NCBI RefSeq assembly: GCF_009914755.1 | Contig: NC_060945.1 | DNA length: 64,000 nt | Reading direction: 5' to 3' (one strand) | Source of the DNA: the human T2T-CHM13v2.0 reference genome, Homo sapiens | Shown here: in pieces, positions 12,979 through 26,920 of the stretch | Numbering within the stretch: position 1 is the first letter of the stretch | Layout: each line of letters starts with the position of its first letter | Position numbers and translations under genes: made by a program | The notes under the pieces: model-generated | The model's database searches: none | The model's input: the letters and a program-made list of their open reading frames with translations, nothing else | What the model was told of the DNA's origin: nothing

Positions 12979-13726
12979 GCTAGTGATAATCTTAAATTAC
13001 ATGTGTCTGAAAATACACAAAGTTAACTTCTATACTCTATCCGAATAGCATCATTCTATACAGCTAGCAACACCTTGATTCCAAAACCTGACAAAATTAT
13101 CACCAAAAAAGTGAAGCCATTGGTCAAGGTTACCATGAACATAGATTTAAAATTCTAAAAAATATATTAGCAAATCACATTTTGTAATATTTCACTATTT
13201 TTTAACCCCGGTCAAGCAAAATTTACCTAGAAATGCAAAGTGGTTCAATATTGGGAAATTTCTGACATAGTTGACTATATTAATGGATTTAAGGGCAAAA
13301 ACATTTTGCTCATCTCAACGTATGCCAAAAATTCATTTGATAAATTAACACCCTTTCTGGAATTTTTTAAAAGCTCTTAGTAGACTAAGAAAGGGTATAA
13401 AATCATGTAGCCTAGGGGAAAATTCATAGAAAATATTATATTTAATAATGAAAGATTAGAAATGTTGTATTAAGGTCAAAAACAAGACAATCATACCTAT
13501 CATCACAGCTACCATCTGTCATTGTCCTATAGGTCCTATCTAAAAAGGGATTAAAGTAAAGTAAATAAGAGGTATAAAATGCAGACAAAAAGATAAAAAT
13601 TTTTCTACTTCTAGGCAAATTGTTACCCCAAGAGAATTGACTGAAATACTATTTAAAATAATAAGATCAGATACAAAATCAGTAGCTTTCTAACACATAA
13701 GCAATAATAAATTGAACACCTCTCAT

Positions 13727-13832
13727 ATTTTCTTCTAATACTTTTAGAGTTTTGTTTTTTACATTTAGTTCTTTAATTCATCTGGAATTCACTTTGGCAT
13801 AAGGTATAAAGAAGGAATCTAAGTTGAACTTT
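13727..13832 (-). mobile_element. Short antisense L1 ORF2 fragment inside the sense L1M
   Basis: The minus strand reads ...ttagattccttctttataccttatgccaaagtgaattccagatgaattaaagaactaaatgta..., matching the L1 [21 protein letters not shown] region. Confidence 0.7.
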
Positions 13833-13951
13833 TAGAACTTCTAGGAATATTATTAATAATAACAATAAATGTATACATAACACACCTAGAAATAACCCTA
13901 ATGAAAAATGTTCCAGAACTAAATTAAAAAAAAAAAAAGAAAACCTATACA

Positions 13952-14065
13952 GGAGTGGTTTTGTCCCCTGGGTGCATATTGGAATCACTATAAGACTAAT
14001 TAAATCAGAGACTCTAGGGAGGAGATCCAGGCATGAATATGTGCAGCCAGGATTTTAAATCTCTG
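13952..14065. mobile_element. MER5-like hAT-Charlie relic (internally deleted)
   Basis: gtggtttt...tgcatattggaatcac...aaatcagagactctaggg...tgtgcagccagg. Confidence 0.5.
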
Positions 14066-14835
14066 TTATAAATTGTAATGATGTCATTTTTTAATAATGC
14101 AAATGCAGTAATTTTGGATGGAAAAACAAAAAATTTTAAGCAGGTCAGTTCTCTCCAAATTAATCTGTAAATCCTATGCAATCTGAATCAACATTCAACA
14201 GAATTTTTTATGGAGCTGGCAAGTTGAGTTTAAAGTTCATCAGGAAGAGGAAGTACATAAGAATGGTCAAATGCTTTGAAAAAATTAAAGGAAACTCCTG
14301 TTAAATATCAAAACATACTTTAAATCTGCATTATATGTCTCATAAATCCACTAAAATAGAAAGAGACAAACCAATGAAATAAAATAAAACAGTACAGAAA
14401 CAGTCCCTGATATATATTTCATTTTTATAAGGCTTCAATTCAGTGGGAAAAGGATGGGTCACTAAATAAGTTGGGTTGATACCATTATATATTTCATAAG
14501 AGAAATTAAGTTAGACTTTCCTCCCTCATAAGCATACTCCAAAACAAATTCCAGATGGATTGAGGAGCTAAAAAAAATTTTTTAACTATAAATATTAGGA
14601 GAAAATACAGGGAATTTATAACCTATGAACAAGTGTTCCTAACCACACCCAAACCAGAAGCTCCAAAAGCAAAAATTGAAAGATGTTCTCATGAAATTTT
14701 AAAGCCTTTATAAGAAAAGACTCCTTAAGCAAAATTAAATACAAGCAACAGCCTTGAAGAACATATTTGCAACAATTAACAGGAGTGGTATCTAGAATAT
14801 TTAAAGAATTCATGCAAATTCATAAGGAAAAAAAA

Positions 14836-15134
14836 TGTATGTATGCATATATATATATATATATATATATTTTTGAGCTAAGGCCTCTCTCCATCACCCA
14901 GGCTGGAGTGAGGTAGCGCAATTTTGGCTCACTGCAACTTCTGCCTCCTAGGCTTCAAGTGATCCTCCCACCCCAGCCTACCAAGTAGCTGGAACTACAG
15001 GTGCACGTCACCATGCCCAGCCATGTAGAGACAGGGTTCTGTCATATTGCCCAGGCTGGTCTTGAACCCCTGGGCTCAAGCTATCTGGCCTCCCAAAGTG
15101 CTGAGATTACAGATGTGAGCCACTGTGCCCAGCC
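14836..15134 (-). mobile_element. AluJ with (TA)n tail
   Basis: Antisense Alu with J-type features (ttgcccaggctggtcttgaacccctgggctcaag). Tail mutated to a TA microsatellite. Confidence 0.92.
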
Positions 15135-15186
15135 AAGAAAAAAAAAAATTAAGCAGGAAAAAATTGTTTACCAGAAAGTCTTGAAA

Positions 15187-15252
15187 ATATATATAGATAT
15201 ATATAGATATATCACACACAAATATATATACCCACCCATACACACACATATG

Positions 15253-15286
<34 letters not shown>

Positions 15287-15295
15287 TACATACTC
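15187..15295. repeat. Compound (TA)n/(CA)n microsatellite
   Basis: Direct inspection. Confidence 0.9.
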
Positions 15296-16044
15296 ACAGG
15301 GCCAAAAGCAAATGAAATTATCTGATAACCAGGAAATTGAAAATTAAAACAGCAATAACACAATAGTCTCCCATCAATATGGTAAAAACTTAACAGACTG
15401 ATAAAAAAGCAGTGTTCACAGGGATGAAGAAGGGGAGAAATTTCCCCATTCACGCATTCTTGGTGAAAGTACAAATTGGTAAAGCTTTTCTGGCAATAAT
15501 TTTTTTAAAATCACAATCATAACCTTTGAGTCAATAATTTCTAAAGAAATATACCTATGTATGTGCTGTTTATATAAAGATACTTAGGCAACACTGTGGG
15601 CAATAGAAAAAAATTAAAAACATCTAATAGGAGAGCAGTTTAAAAAACTGTGGTCATCAGTTTAAAATATTGGGCTCTTATACATGATGAAAAAAATAAA
15701 TCATAGAATATTTATAGTACGCTATCACTTGTTTATTAAAACATGTATATAAGTACAGTCTACACATCTCTGCAGGTGCAAAATCTGCAGAGAAAGAACT
15801 GGAAGTATAGTCACATCCTTTCACTTTGGCTGTCAGGAATGTAATATACAAATGTTTTAGCACATGTCAAACTGAACTGTATTTATTTGTTTTCATGTCT
15901 GTCCCCCCTCTAAGCTACCACTTTTTGACAGACTGTCTTTTTTCTCCACAGGCAGTGCTCTATAAATGTCCGATAAATGGCTGCATGGTTTTCTTGCCCT
16001 TGGACCTGTCCCACTCAACATTTTAGAGGTTCAAAGAATGATAC

Positions 16045-16235
16045 AATATTCAGTTTGAAACTCATTATCGCCATTTACTACTTGTATGACCTTGGGCTGT
16101 TAGTTAAACTCATTGAGCCTTAGTTTTCCCATCTATTATGAGAAGAAAATAATGCCTAAGTCATAGCATCACTTGAAGGATTAAATAATCAACTATATAA
16201 AAAGTTGCTAGCACAGTGCCTGGCACTGCTATGGA
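16045..16235 (+). mobile_element. MIR
   Basis: catttactacttgtatgaccttggg...gagccttagttttcccatctat...gcacagtgcctggcac. Confidence 0.8.
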
Positions 16236-16239
16236 TTCA

Positions 16240-17200
16240 AAACAAACCCTTCCAAACTTAGTGGCTTAAAACTATGACTATGATTTAACATGCATCTAAA
16301 TCTGACTTTGGGCAGGGCTCATCAGGGACAGCTCATCTCGGCTCTACTGCTATAAGCTGGGACATCTGGATTGGTGTGAAGGATCACTCCCAAGGTGGCT
16401 CCCTCACATGGCTGGCAAGTTGTTCTGGGTGTTGGACCCTCCCCATGAAAGCCTCTCCACAAAACAGCTTGGGCTTCCTCTCAACATGGTGGCTGGATTC
16501 CAAGAATAAGCCTCTCAAGAGATATTAATAAAGTAGATGCTACCAGTTTCTTAAAACTAAGGCCTGAAAAATGGCACGATGTCACTTCACCATATGCCAT
16601 TGGTCAAGCAGTTAGAGAGTCCAGATCCAATCTGCCTCTGGACACCAATTATTGACATCCCTCTAGCATGCAAAATGCATTTATGCCTCCCAGGATCCTG
16701 CAAACATCTCAACCCTTTAAATCCTGTCCAAGTGGAAATGAAGCTCCCTGAGAGTGGCCCTTTGGGTACAACATATTGAGTACTGTTCATCACCATCTGA
16801 CTATTAGGAACTAAAGAGGCAAGTTACCTTTACTGACCACCACCCCCCAGACACACACAAATACACACACACACTCCACATACGATAGTGGAATAAGCAG
16901 AGGATAACCACAAGAGACACTCCCGTTAAAAGGGGGAAACAGAAGGCACAGAGCTGGCAATGGCCCCCAGAGCACTTCTGCAATCCAGCTCCATAGGTGT
17001 TGCAAATTCCTTTCTAGAGCCTAGTACTCTCCAATACTCTTGGTTGTACCCTCTGGTCTCCTGTTTCTGCTCCTGAATATCTTCCTCTTCTATAAGAATA
17101 CCGAGTTGGTGATTTTGTCGGATTTTCAGTCTACTTCCTGCTTCTAGAGGTTGGAGCTCCATCTCTGTCTCTTTCAATCTAATCAGGTGGTGCTTGCAGT
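16240..17200 (-). mobile_element. Old MLT1 LTR with adjacent MaLR internal-like sequence
   Basis: caaacttagtggcttaaaac...ctcacatggctggcaagttg...tgtcacttcaccatatgccattggtcaagcag, followed by sequence resembling MLT1-int. Confidence 0.6.
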
Positions 17201-17289
17201 CAATAGAGGCTATTATTATTGTTATTAATAACATGAATAAAAATATAAAGATGCCTTACCCAATAGGTAATACTTACCAATATTTTTGG

Positions 17290-17790
17290 AGGACAGAATT
17301 AAATTGGTTAAACCCAACAAGATGAAATTGGGTAAGAGTAAATAAAAGTCCTGCATTTAGACTTTAAAAATCAATTTCATAATTACAGGATGAGGAGGCT
17401 TTGGCTTACTGGCATGCTTACCTCCCAGACTAAGCTGTAAGCTTTTAGTGGGAGAAAATTGGGGGGATTTAGCTGACAGCAATCTCACAATGAAACAAAA
17501 GCATGAAGAGACACACACTGTAAGTGGCATCCTGACAAAGCTGCTTGTGCTCAGGATGGTGAAGGAAATAAAACCACATCATAGGAGTAACTGTGGACAA
17601 AATGAGTGGCTTTGCCTGGAGAAGAGAAAGCCTTAGGGAAGTGGTAGAGCAAGTTATCAACTTCACGTGTTTGAAAGGCTGTCACATAAAAGAAGAAATG
17701 GACTTTGCTCCAGAGGACAGAACCAGCATGGCTAGGTGGTGGTTTCAGGAGAGCTAACTTTCATCAGAATAAAAAAGCGTTTCCCAACAC
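17290..17790 (+). mobile_element. L3/CR1 fragment
   Basis: aacaagatgaaatt...aaagtcctgcattta...gcctggagaagagaa...tttgaaaggctgtcac...gctccagaggacagaacc (CR1 ORF2 C-terminal region). Confidence 0.75.
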
Positions 17791-17797
17791 CCAGAGT

Positions 17798-18600
17798 CCT
17801 TGCGCTCAACCTCAGTTGTCCTACTGGCATCACCTGAAGAATGTTAAATAATATGGATGCTCAAAGACCTAAAAACAGAAATATCATTTGATCCAGCACT
17901 CCCGTTACTGGGTATATACCCAAAGGAATATACATTGTTCTATTATAAAGACACATGCACACGTATGTTTATTGCAGCACTATTCACAATAGCAAAGACA
18001 TGGAACCAACCCAAATGCCCATCAGTGATAGACTGGATAAAGAAAATGTGGTATATATACACCATGGAATACTATGCAGCCATAAAAAAAGAATGAGATC
18101 ATGTCCTTTGCAGGGACATGGATAGAGCTGGAGGCCGTTATCCTTAGCAAACTAACCCAGGAACAGAAAACCAAATACCACATATTCTCACTCATAAGTG
18201 AGAGCTACATGATGAGAACACATGGACACACAGGAACACATGGACACACAGAGGGGAACAACACACACTGGGGCCTATAGGAAGGTGAAGGGTGGGAGGA
18301 GGGAGAGGATCAGGAAAAATAACTAATGGGTACTAGGCATAATAACTGGGTGATTAAATAATCTACACAACAAACCCCCATGACACAAGTTTACTTATGT
18401 AACAAACCTGCACATGTAACTTAAACAAAAGTTTAATAATAATAATAAACTTAACTTAAAACAAAAGTCTAATAATAATATTGATGCCAGCAGCTTCCCC
18501 AGGACAATTCTATCAGAGTCACTGAGGATGGGTTGCAAGCAGTAAAGATTTTATAAAATGGATCAGGTGATGACATTGTACTGCCAGGATTATGTACATT
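17798..18600. mobile_element. MER5-like relic split by an L1PA insertion
   Basis: ctcaacctcagttg...catcacctgaaga on the left. atcagagtcactgaggatggg...caggtgatgacattgtactgccagg on the right. Confidence 0.55.
17861..18478 (+). mobile_element. 5'-truncated L1PA (about PA10-16) 3' end
   Basis: ORF 17857-18096 matches L1 ORF2 C-terminus (FDPALPLLGIYPK...TMEYYAAIKK). 3' UTR gggagaggatcaggaaaaataactaatgggtactagg. TSD about AATAATAT(G/T)GATGC. Confidence 0.93.
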
Positions 18601-20051
18601 GAAAGGACCTAAAGCAAATATCAATAAATGATCTGCTCACAAAGAAGGGACTTAGCCAACCACAAAAAGGTTTAAGCAAGTCTGAGTGGCTGTCAGTATT
18701 GTTACTATAGAGAAGTCCTGTATCAAGTGATCAGGCAGATGAGCTTTAGACTCCAGGGTAGAGAATGATTAAATTCCACTGAACAACAGAAACAGCCCAG
18801 AGATTCCTAATGCAGAGGGAGCCGTGCCATGTTCAGACCATATTTCTTCCCTCCACCCCGTGCCAACTCAGTCTCCTGGAAAAAGAAGATGGAACCAGTC
18901 CTCAGAGTGGATTTCTTTGTCCAAATGGACAGTTTGAGTCAGGGAACCATTTGTTTAGAATGGCTAAGAAAACTGAAAGTTTAGGGTAGAGCAAGGGGGG
19001 AAAGGGGGTACCCCAAGCCCCTGACATGGGTATTTTCATTTGAAGTTCTAAGACCTTATTTCTGCAAGGAGGCTCTTCTATCTCCCTGACTTCTACCCAT
19101 TGAGTCCCCAACCCAACTCCAGCTCTTTATATCAAGGCAAATTATTCTCTTTCTCATCACATTCTGTTCAACTGTGTGCAGATAGCTCGTGTTTCCCACC
19201 ATTTGCTGTTGCTAAGTCAAAGTCCACACAAGGTATTTAGTTCTTATGAATATACATCAGAGCCTGCAGCATCAAATACCAGATTCTCTGCCCTTCTCTG
19301 ATCTCTCTCCAGCTCTGCTTCTACACCTTTCTATTACTGAAGTCCCACAAATGTGTTAAAATATCCCAGCTGTGCTACCAGCAGCCCAGAACACGGAATA
19401 AACCATACTGATCTTACTCTTGAAAAAACTGTATTTCACGAACAGAATTCTTCCTCATTGTTTTATATCGTAACTGTCATTATGAGAGAAGACACCACTG
19501 CAGCCCCACATCCCGTGATCCAAGGGCAGATACCTAGCACATATCAGGTGAATATCTTGTTTCTCCATGTTAAATTGTGCTTAATTGTTTTTCTATTTGC
19601 AAACATAGGTCTCCTTCATACTGGGCATTGACCACAATGGGTGGCCAAAAAGAGAGAAGATTTTCTTGAATATGAATACAGATTTAAGCGGGAGAAATTG
19701 TTATAAATCATGGCACTGTCTTCCAAAGGCCGAGTGCACAGCATAAAACTTTCCCGGTTCATTTCAAGCCACTATTGAGTTCATCAATGCTTTATTTGTG
19801 AAAGTAAATTCTTAGCCTTACAAAACATCTATTCAAACATCAATGACTCAGAATTCTGGGACTTTCCTGCTAGTCTGGAAATCATGTTTATGATACAAGT
19901 GCCTAGTTAATAAAAGCCTGCCTTCCATGCGTCAAAGACCTTTATGATCTTAAAGAAAGAAAAAGTGGAGACGCTGCACTGGCTGCTTTCCTTTGTCCTT
20001 CTTTTGCTATGTCCATGATGTTTGTGAGGTTTTGTTGCACTTAAAATTAAT

Positions 20052-20366
20052 TGGTGGATATTTGGGGCAGCGAAACTATGCTGCATGAGACTGTAATGGT
20101 GGATCTGTGTCTTTATATGTTTGTCCAAACCCACAGAATGTACAATGTGGAGGGTGAAACTTAGAGTAAACCACGGGCTCTGGGTGATGGACATGTAGCA
20201 ATGCAGGTTCATCAATTGGAATAAATGCACCACTCTGATGAGGGATGTTTCTAGTTGGGGAAGCCATGCATGTGTGGGGCCTGAGGTGTGTGGGAAATCT
20301 CTGCACCTTCCTCTCGGTTTTGCTGTGTACTTAAACTGGTCTAAAAAATAAGGTCTATTAATAAAT
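20052..20366 (+). mobile_element. L1MC-type 3' UTR fragment
   Basis: gtttgtccaaacccacagaatgtacaa...gggaaatctctgcacctt...ctaaaaaataaggtctattaataaa. Confidence 0.85.
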
Positions 20367-20594
20367 AGATAAGTAACCAATCCTGTTGGAAGCTGGCCTT
20401 GCTACTGCACTCACAGGCTCTTAAAAATTTGAGGGAGAATGTTTCCCTTCAAAACACAGGAAAAGTGCAGGTAGGAGCATCGTGGAAGGCCACCTTTGGA
20501 AGCTGGAGATTTCTGGAGAGGTTGCTCCTCCCTTAGGATGTTTATACCTGCTGTTCTCCTTACCTAGAAATCTCTTTCCACAGGTTTTGAGTGA

Positions 20595-20954
<360 letters not shown>

Positions 20955-20984
20955 TAGAAGCCATCCCTGACAACGGTAAGGTGA

Positions 20985-21417
20985 TGTATCTGCCAAAATG
21001 AGCAAGGAGAGAGAGACTGTGGTCCGAAGGATTGGCCCCCATCTCAGCCTCTCTCTGTGTCTATACCCTTGCCCAGCCTCATCGTGCAAAGAATGCATTT
21101 TATTTCCCCTTGACTTTCAGCTTGGCCATGTGACTTGCTTCAGCTGATGGCATGTGGGCAGAAGGAGAGTTTGCCAGGGCAGCCCAGACCTGAAGCAGCC
21201 TTTTGTTTTCCCATTTGCCTCCCAAACCTCTCCACCAGAAGAGCATGCCACTGCTAACCCCGTGGTTAACCTCCAACCCCAGGCAGAGAATGAGCGATGC
21301 CTGGAGCAGGACCACCCAGCCACACCCACCACGGGTGTGCAGCCACAATGAGTTCTCCTTTGCAGTCACTGAGTTTTGGGGTGCTACTATGTGGCATGAT
21401 GTGACAAATGATATAAC
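20985..21417 (+). mobile_element. MLT1 (F/G/H-like) LTR
   Basis: ccccttgactttcagcttggccatgtgacttgcttc...gtcactgagttttggggtgcta. Confidence 0.7.
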
Positions 21418-23019
21418 AGGCGTGTGGAGTTCTCTTCATAAAGAGAACTTTATGGCACCCAGCAAGCATTTGTTGGCCATTTATCACTCTCCACATCAGT
21501 CTTGCAACCCCTTTTGCATTTTGAAATTACAGATGAAGACAAAGAATAATTAGCAAGTGCTCATATTGCTTATTATCGTAACATCTGTCATATTTATATC
21601 AAATTATTCTAAATGTGCAAAATATATGTTACCCATGAGATTGAAATATGCCCTGAGGTCAGAAACTCCACTGTAACCCACTGAAGATGAGCCAGCAAAG
21701 TCCATCAAGGCTGCCTACTTGGCTCTCTATGCTTCCCCAACTTGGTGCCATGTTGTCCCTGGCACTAACCTTACAGGAGGTTGGTAGAGGGTGGAAGAGA
21801 AAGGAAGGGGGGCAAAGGACAAGAGAGAAGTTAAGAAACTGCACTGACACTTGGTTGGAACCAACAGAATCTACTCCTTACAGGGACATCACGTCCTGAG
21901 ATATTTATGACTATTGCACAAGAGATCAAACGTCATCATCCTCTTGGGGAAATGGCTTCAAAACCCATGAGGCAGTTTATAAGCTCTGAAATCTCCTAAC
22001 AAATGAATGGAAAATTTCTTTGGAGGTTCCATGATTTGTCTGCCAACTCCCAAGAATACGCACATACAGGCACACACAGCTGCATCCAGACCTTCCACCT
22101 CTTGCTGCTGTCAACTTTGTTAGCTGAGACAGGCCAAGACATACTCACCAGCCCCTTGCTGAGATGTGACTCACCTCTCATACCCTCTTTCCCAACATCG
22201 TCATCAATGCCACCTCCCCTTCCCACAGGCTACTCCTCACCACCAAACCACCAGAAGGTGTACAGTGGCCACAGCCATGGTGAGACACCAGCAGACTCCC
22301 ACATCCCTTGCGGATTTATTTGGTTTCATCGATGCATTAGACCACACATGGGAAGAAAATGAGCAAGTGCAAGAGAAAGGTTTCTTTGATCCTAAATCTG
22401 GAAATGAAATATATTTACATAAAGCCATGAAAAGCCAGAAATGGCCAATGAGAAACCACAGCTTGACTCTCAGAGTTAAACACCATTATCAAGCTTTTGT
22501 ATGTCCTTAATGGCTCCTAAAAGCTCCATTTAAAAACAAACCAAAACTCTGGCCAGAGCTGAAGAGACTCTTACAATCAGTGAGGCCTGGGCCTGGGTGA
22601 GATCCGTCAAGCTTGTAAACCTCTCATTCCACCCCTCACCACTCCCCTCACCCAGTGGCATTAACACCCGTGAGCTTCACCCATACATAACTCAGCTCAG
22701 CCACTCTTATTATCTTGGCAGCCTCCGGGAGCCTTTCGCCAAGGTTCTGGGCTCTTTCAGTCAACATGACCAATTCCACATCCTTTTATTAATTACTAAC
22801 CATTTCCCCTTGTAGTCAGCCCTGAAATCCCTGCTTTGATCTGCCTGACAGGTCACATGGTGTGTGCTTCTGAACACAACCCCTCCCATGGCCGACTTCG
22901 AACTGGCAAGCCTGGCAGACATACACACAAGCTAGAAAGACATTTCCTGTAGATACAAGAAAAAGAGGGAGTTCTACCAGGAAACCAATGGCCACAGAGA
23001 ATTTTTGTTAATTCATTCT

Positions 23020-23345
23020 TATATATAATAAATAGATTATTTATTATTAATAAATAATCTATTTATTAATTATAATAAATAATCTATTTATTAATTATAA
23101 TAAATAATCTATTTATTAATTATAATAAATAATCTATTTATTAATTATAATAAATAATCTATTTATTAATTATAATAAATAATCTATTAATAAATAACTT
23201 GTTTATTAATTATAATAAATAATTTATTAATAAGTGATTTGTTTATTAATTATTAATAATTTATTAATTATTAATAAATAATTTATTTATTAATTATTAA
23301 TGATTTTTAATTATTAATTAATATTAAATTTATTTATTTATTAAT
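23020..23345. repeat. AT-rich minisatellite, 25-bp unit TAATAAATAATCTATTTATTAATTA
   Basis: About 5.6 perfect units at 23048-23188, one inverted unit at 23026-23046, degenerate copies to about 23345. Confidence 0.95.
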
Positions 23346-23895
23346 AGCCTGTTGGTATGTATTTAAGAGCAAAATAACAGTGGCTGTCAAAAACACCCTA
23401 CATCCTGTCCAATTAGAGAGACCATAACTTATTTAGATCACAAAAAGACCACGATTCTGAAACCTGAAGTCTAATGAGCTGAATTATGTGCTTAACGGAG
23501 AAGACTCATGGATGAGCCCTCTTGCAGCTTCTGTTAACCTTTTCTGAAGGCACTGGGTCCTCCACAGATCCTGACTGCAGGCAGAATGGCTGGAATGATG
23601 AGATGCCTGTCTTGTAACCAAGACCAGGACATAAGCAGATGCCATTCATCCAGACCCACTTTCTTCCTTGGACCACTGTCTATATAAACAGCCTTTCTGT
23701 TATTTCCAGTGTGGCATTACAACAAACCAGACACATTTTTCAGGGCACATTGATCTATCCCAAGGGTGTAGGTCTATTAATTCCCTCGAGGCTGACAGTG
23801 GATGCTTCCAGGGAAATCTGAAGGCAAGCACACAACTGAATTTAATGAAAATGATTGATTTTTTTTGGTCCACCCCAAGTATCAAAAAGAAAACA

Positions 23896-24205
23896 GGCCA
23901 GGCAAGGTGGTCCGCACCTGTAATCCCAGCATTTTGGGAATCTAAGGCAGGAGGATAGCTTGAGCCTAGTAGTTTGAGACCAGCCTCGGCAGCATAGTGA
24001 GACCCCATCTCTACAAAAAAAAAAAAAAAAATTAATTAGCTGGGCATAGTGGTGCTTGCCTGTAGTCCTAGCTACTGGGAAGGCTGAGGTGGGAGGATCA
24101 CTTGAGCCCAGGAGTCTGAGGCTACAGTGATCAGTGATTCAATGATTGCACCACTCTACTCCAGCCTGGGCAATATGGTCTCTGTGAAAACAGAAAATAA
24201 AAAAT
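23896..24205 (+). mobile_element. AluJ
   Basis: Dimeric Alu with J diagnostics (ggaggatagcttgagcctag, ggaggatcacttgagcccagg). Confidence 0.92.
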
Positions 24206-25362
24206 ACAACAAACAGCCATTAACAGACTCAAATTGGTTGGCAAGAGTCAGATCCCACATCAGCTAAAATTGCCACATGATATAAAACACTAAATAATAA
24301 ATGTTTACCTTTATTAAACATTCAGACCATTTCTGGTTAAGAAAACCCTGAACCTTTTTCACTGCATGGCTTAAGATGCAGGTAAGCTAACCATCATCCT
24401 TCCTTTCTCTTGGCAACACTTACGCATACAGATCGGTAATGCCCATCCCACTGCAATAAAAAAAAAAAATACCACATCGACTCTACATCTGCTGCAATTA
24501 TCGTCTGGTGTGAAGATCAAAGGGGCCTTTTCCCCTGGCAGATTACTCGTCTACAGTTCCCTGGCCTGTCAGTGTGGTCTCAGCTGCTCCCACTTGTCCC
24601 ATTGCTGCTCAGGAATCAGCAGCCGCCTAGATCTTCCAGCTATGTGACTGGGCTCGTAATGACAGTAATTGCCAGTCTGTTAAGTCACCTCCAACCAAAA
24701 AGGAAAATGCCTTCCAGACACACTTCTCAGGCCCATGTGAAGAGATAGGAATGAATTCATAAAAGAAAATTATCCAGTCCTGTTTATACAATGCCACTAT
24801 GACCAACAGGCTTTTTTCTTATTAATGGCTTTCATTTCTGGGCCACACAGTGGAACAAAGCGCTTATATGTCCACTCCTTGAGACCATTAAGTCCTTGAC
24901 TTGCTTTGACCATTAAGAAGCCCAAAGAGAGGTGTAGGTCTACCCTTGTACCAGTTCCTCTCTCCCCAAAGTATTTTTGGGGCTGGGGTTGCCTTTGGGA
25001 TTATACTTGCCCAGAAAAGAGACCATCTGGGTTCTTATCTGCAATGGGAGCTACATGAGATTTAAGCTACGTTCCTTCTCATTTCCTCACTACTTTTCTG
25101 TTTACCTTTGATCCTTGTTGGTTATTGTAGGAAGACGTGATTGGTATGGCAATGGGATAATATGTATGACAGTTTCAGTCTTATTTTCCCAGTACAACAT
25201 GCCAGTTGGATAATTCCTCTGAGTAAATATTAACATGAACATTTTCAATATAAAGCCCATTAGCATCCACAAAACTTTGGAATTGTATGTATATGTTGGA
25301 TTATACTTTCACAGAGGTGGATTTAAAGAGGTGAAATTTTGGCTGCAATAAAAGATTCATTC

Positions 25363-25664
25363 AGCTGGGTGTGGTGGTTCACACCTGTAATCCCAGCACT
25401 ATGGGAGGCCGAGGCGGGTGGATCACGAGGTCAAGAGATAGAGACCATCCTGGCCAACATTGTGAAACCCTGTCTCTACTAAAAATACAAAAATTCGCTG
25501 GGCATGGTAGCATGCACCTGTAGTCCCAGCCACTCAGGAAGCTGAGGCAGGGGAATCCCTTGAATCCAGGAGGCAGAGGTTGCAGTGAACTGAGATTTGT
25601 GCCACTGCACTCCAGCCTGGCAACATAGCAAGACTCCATCTCAGGAAAAAAAAAAAAAAAAAAA
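25363..25664 (+). mobile_element. AluSc-like
   Basis: ggatcacgaggtcaagagatagagaccatcctggccaac. Exact TSD AAAGATTCATTCA. Confidence 0.95.
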
Positions 25665-25738
25665 GATTCATTCATTAATGTAATCAGATAATGTACACCT
25701 ACTTTAAATGTATATAGAATATATCCTTGGAAACACTT

Positions 25739-26246
25739 GTGTGCTGCTTGAAGTCTCTTATTCTCAGCTCCACTCTCTCTCCTTTCTCCTCCCCTGTGAC
25801 CCAGGAGCAGAAAGCCTGGAAACTACATTTTCCAAATCCCTCTTGCCAATCAGCCTCTTGTTAGCTTCTACAATGGGAGGCACTAGTAGCAAACTGGAGG
25901 TGGAAGCAAGGGAGATGCTATTTTTTCCATCTTCTGGTAGTGCCTCTAGAGATGGTGGTGGCAGCAGCAAAGGCTGGCAAGGGTGGCTTCTGGGATTCTG
26001 CTGGGTCAGCTCAGTGTTAATAGCAACAATCTTGGTGGATCAGCAAGCATCATGTTCTCTTTGGCTTTCAAGCCTAGGGGGATAGTGACTTCCTGCAGTT
26101 ACCAATCTGTAAGTAAGCTTGACTCCCTGTATTTACTCCTTCGTTCCTCTCAAATCATGCACCACCAATTTGTATGAAATTCCTTCTCTGAAATATTTAC
26201 AGCGGTTTCTAGACAGAATAATGCACTGATTGGACACTGACTGATA
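25739..26246 (+). mobile_element. LTR33-like ERVL solo LTR
   Basis: ggaaactacattttccaaatccctcttgcc...caatgggaggcactagtag, ending ctgactgata. Confidence 0.7.
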
Positions 26247-26371
26247 ACTTATCATGCAAATAATTTATCCCCACACACTGTATTTGCTATGAAGCAAATG
26301 TTAATCAGATGGTTAAAGATGATACGGTAACAATAAGGTCATTTCATTCAGTCTCCAAATTCATGGCAGAT

Positions 26372-26655
<284 letters not shown>

Positions 26656-26687
26656 AAAGATGATATGGTAATGCTAAGGTCATTTCA

Positions 26688-26920
<233 letters not shown>

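Larger units (their letters stand above)
10750..15700 (+). mobile_element. Ancient L1M element (ORF1 and ORF2 relics) fragmented by later insertions
   Basis: A-rich plus strand. ORF1 C-terminal relic at about 11170-11330 (gaaaattctaaatgcctcctgagaaa...gaggctaaaagacaat). ORF2 relics at about 12520-14830 and 15300-15660. Confidence 0.8.

Noticed and set aside
19609-19803. Possible plus-strand acceptor (TTGCAAACATAG) and exon
   Set aside because: No convincing downstream donor and no coding signal.
23048-23188. Regular palindromic repeats superficially like a CRISPR array (also 61050-61169 and 39310-39893)
   Set aside because: Head-to-tail tandem units with no unique spacers, in primate DNA with no cas genes.
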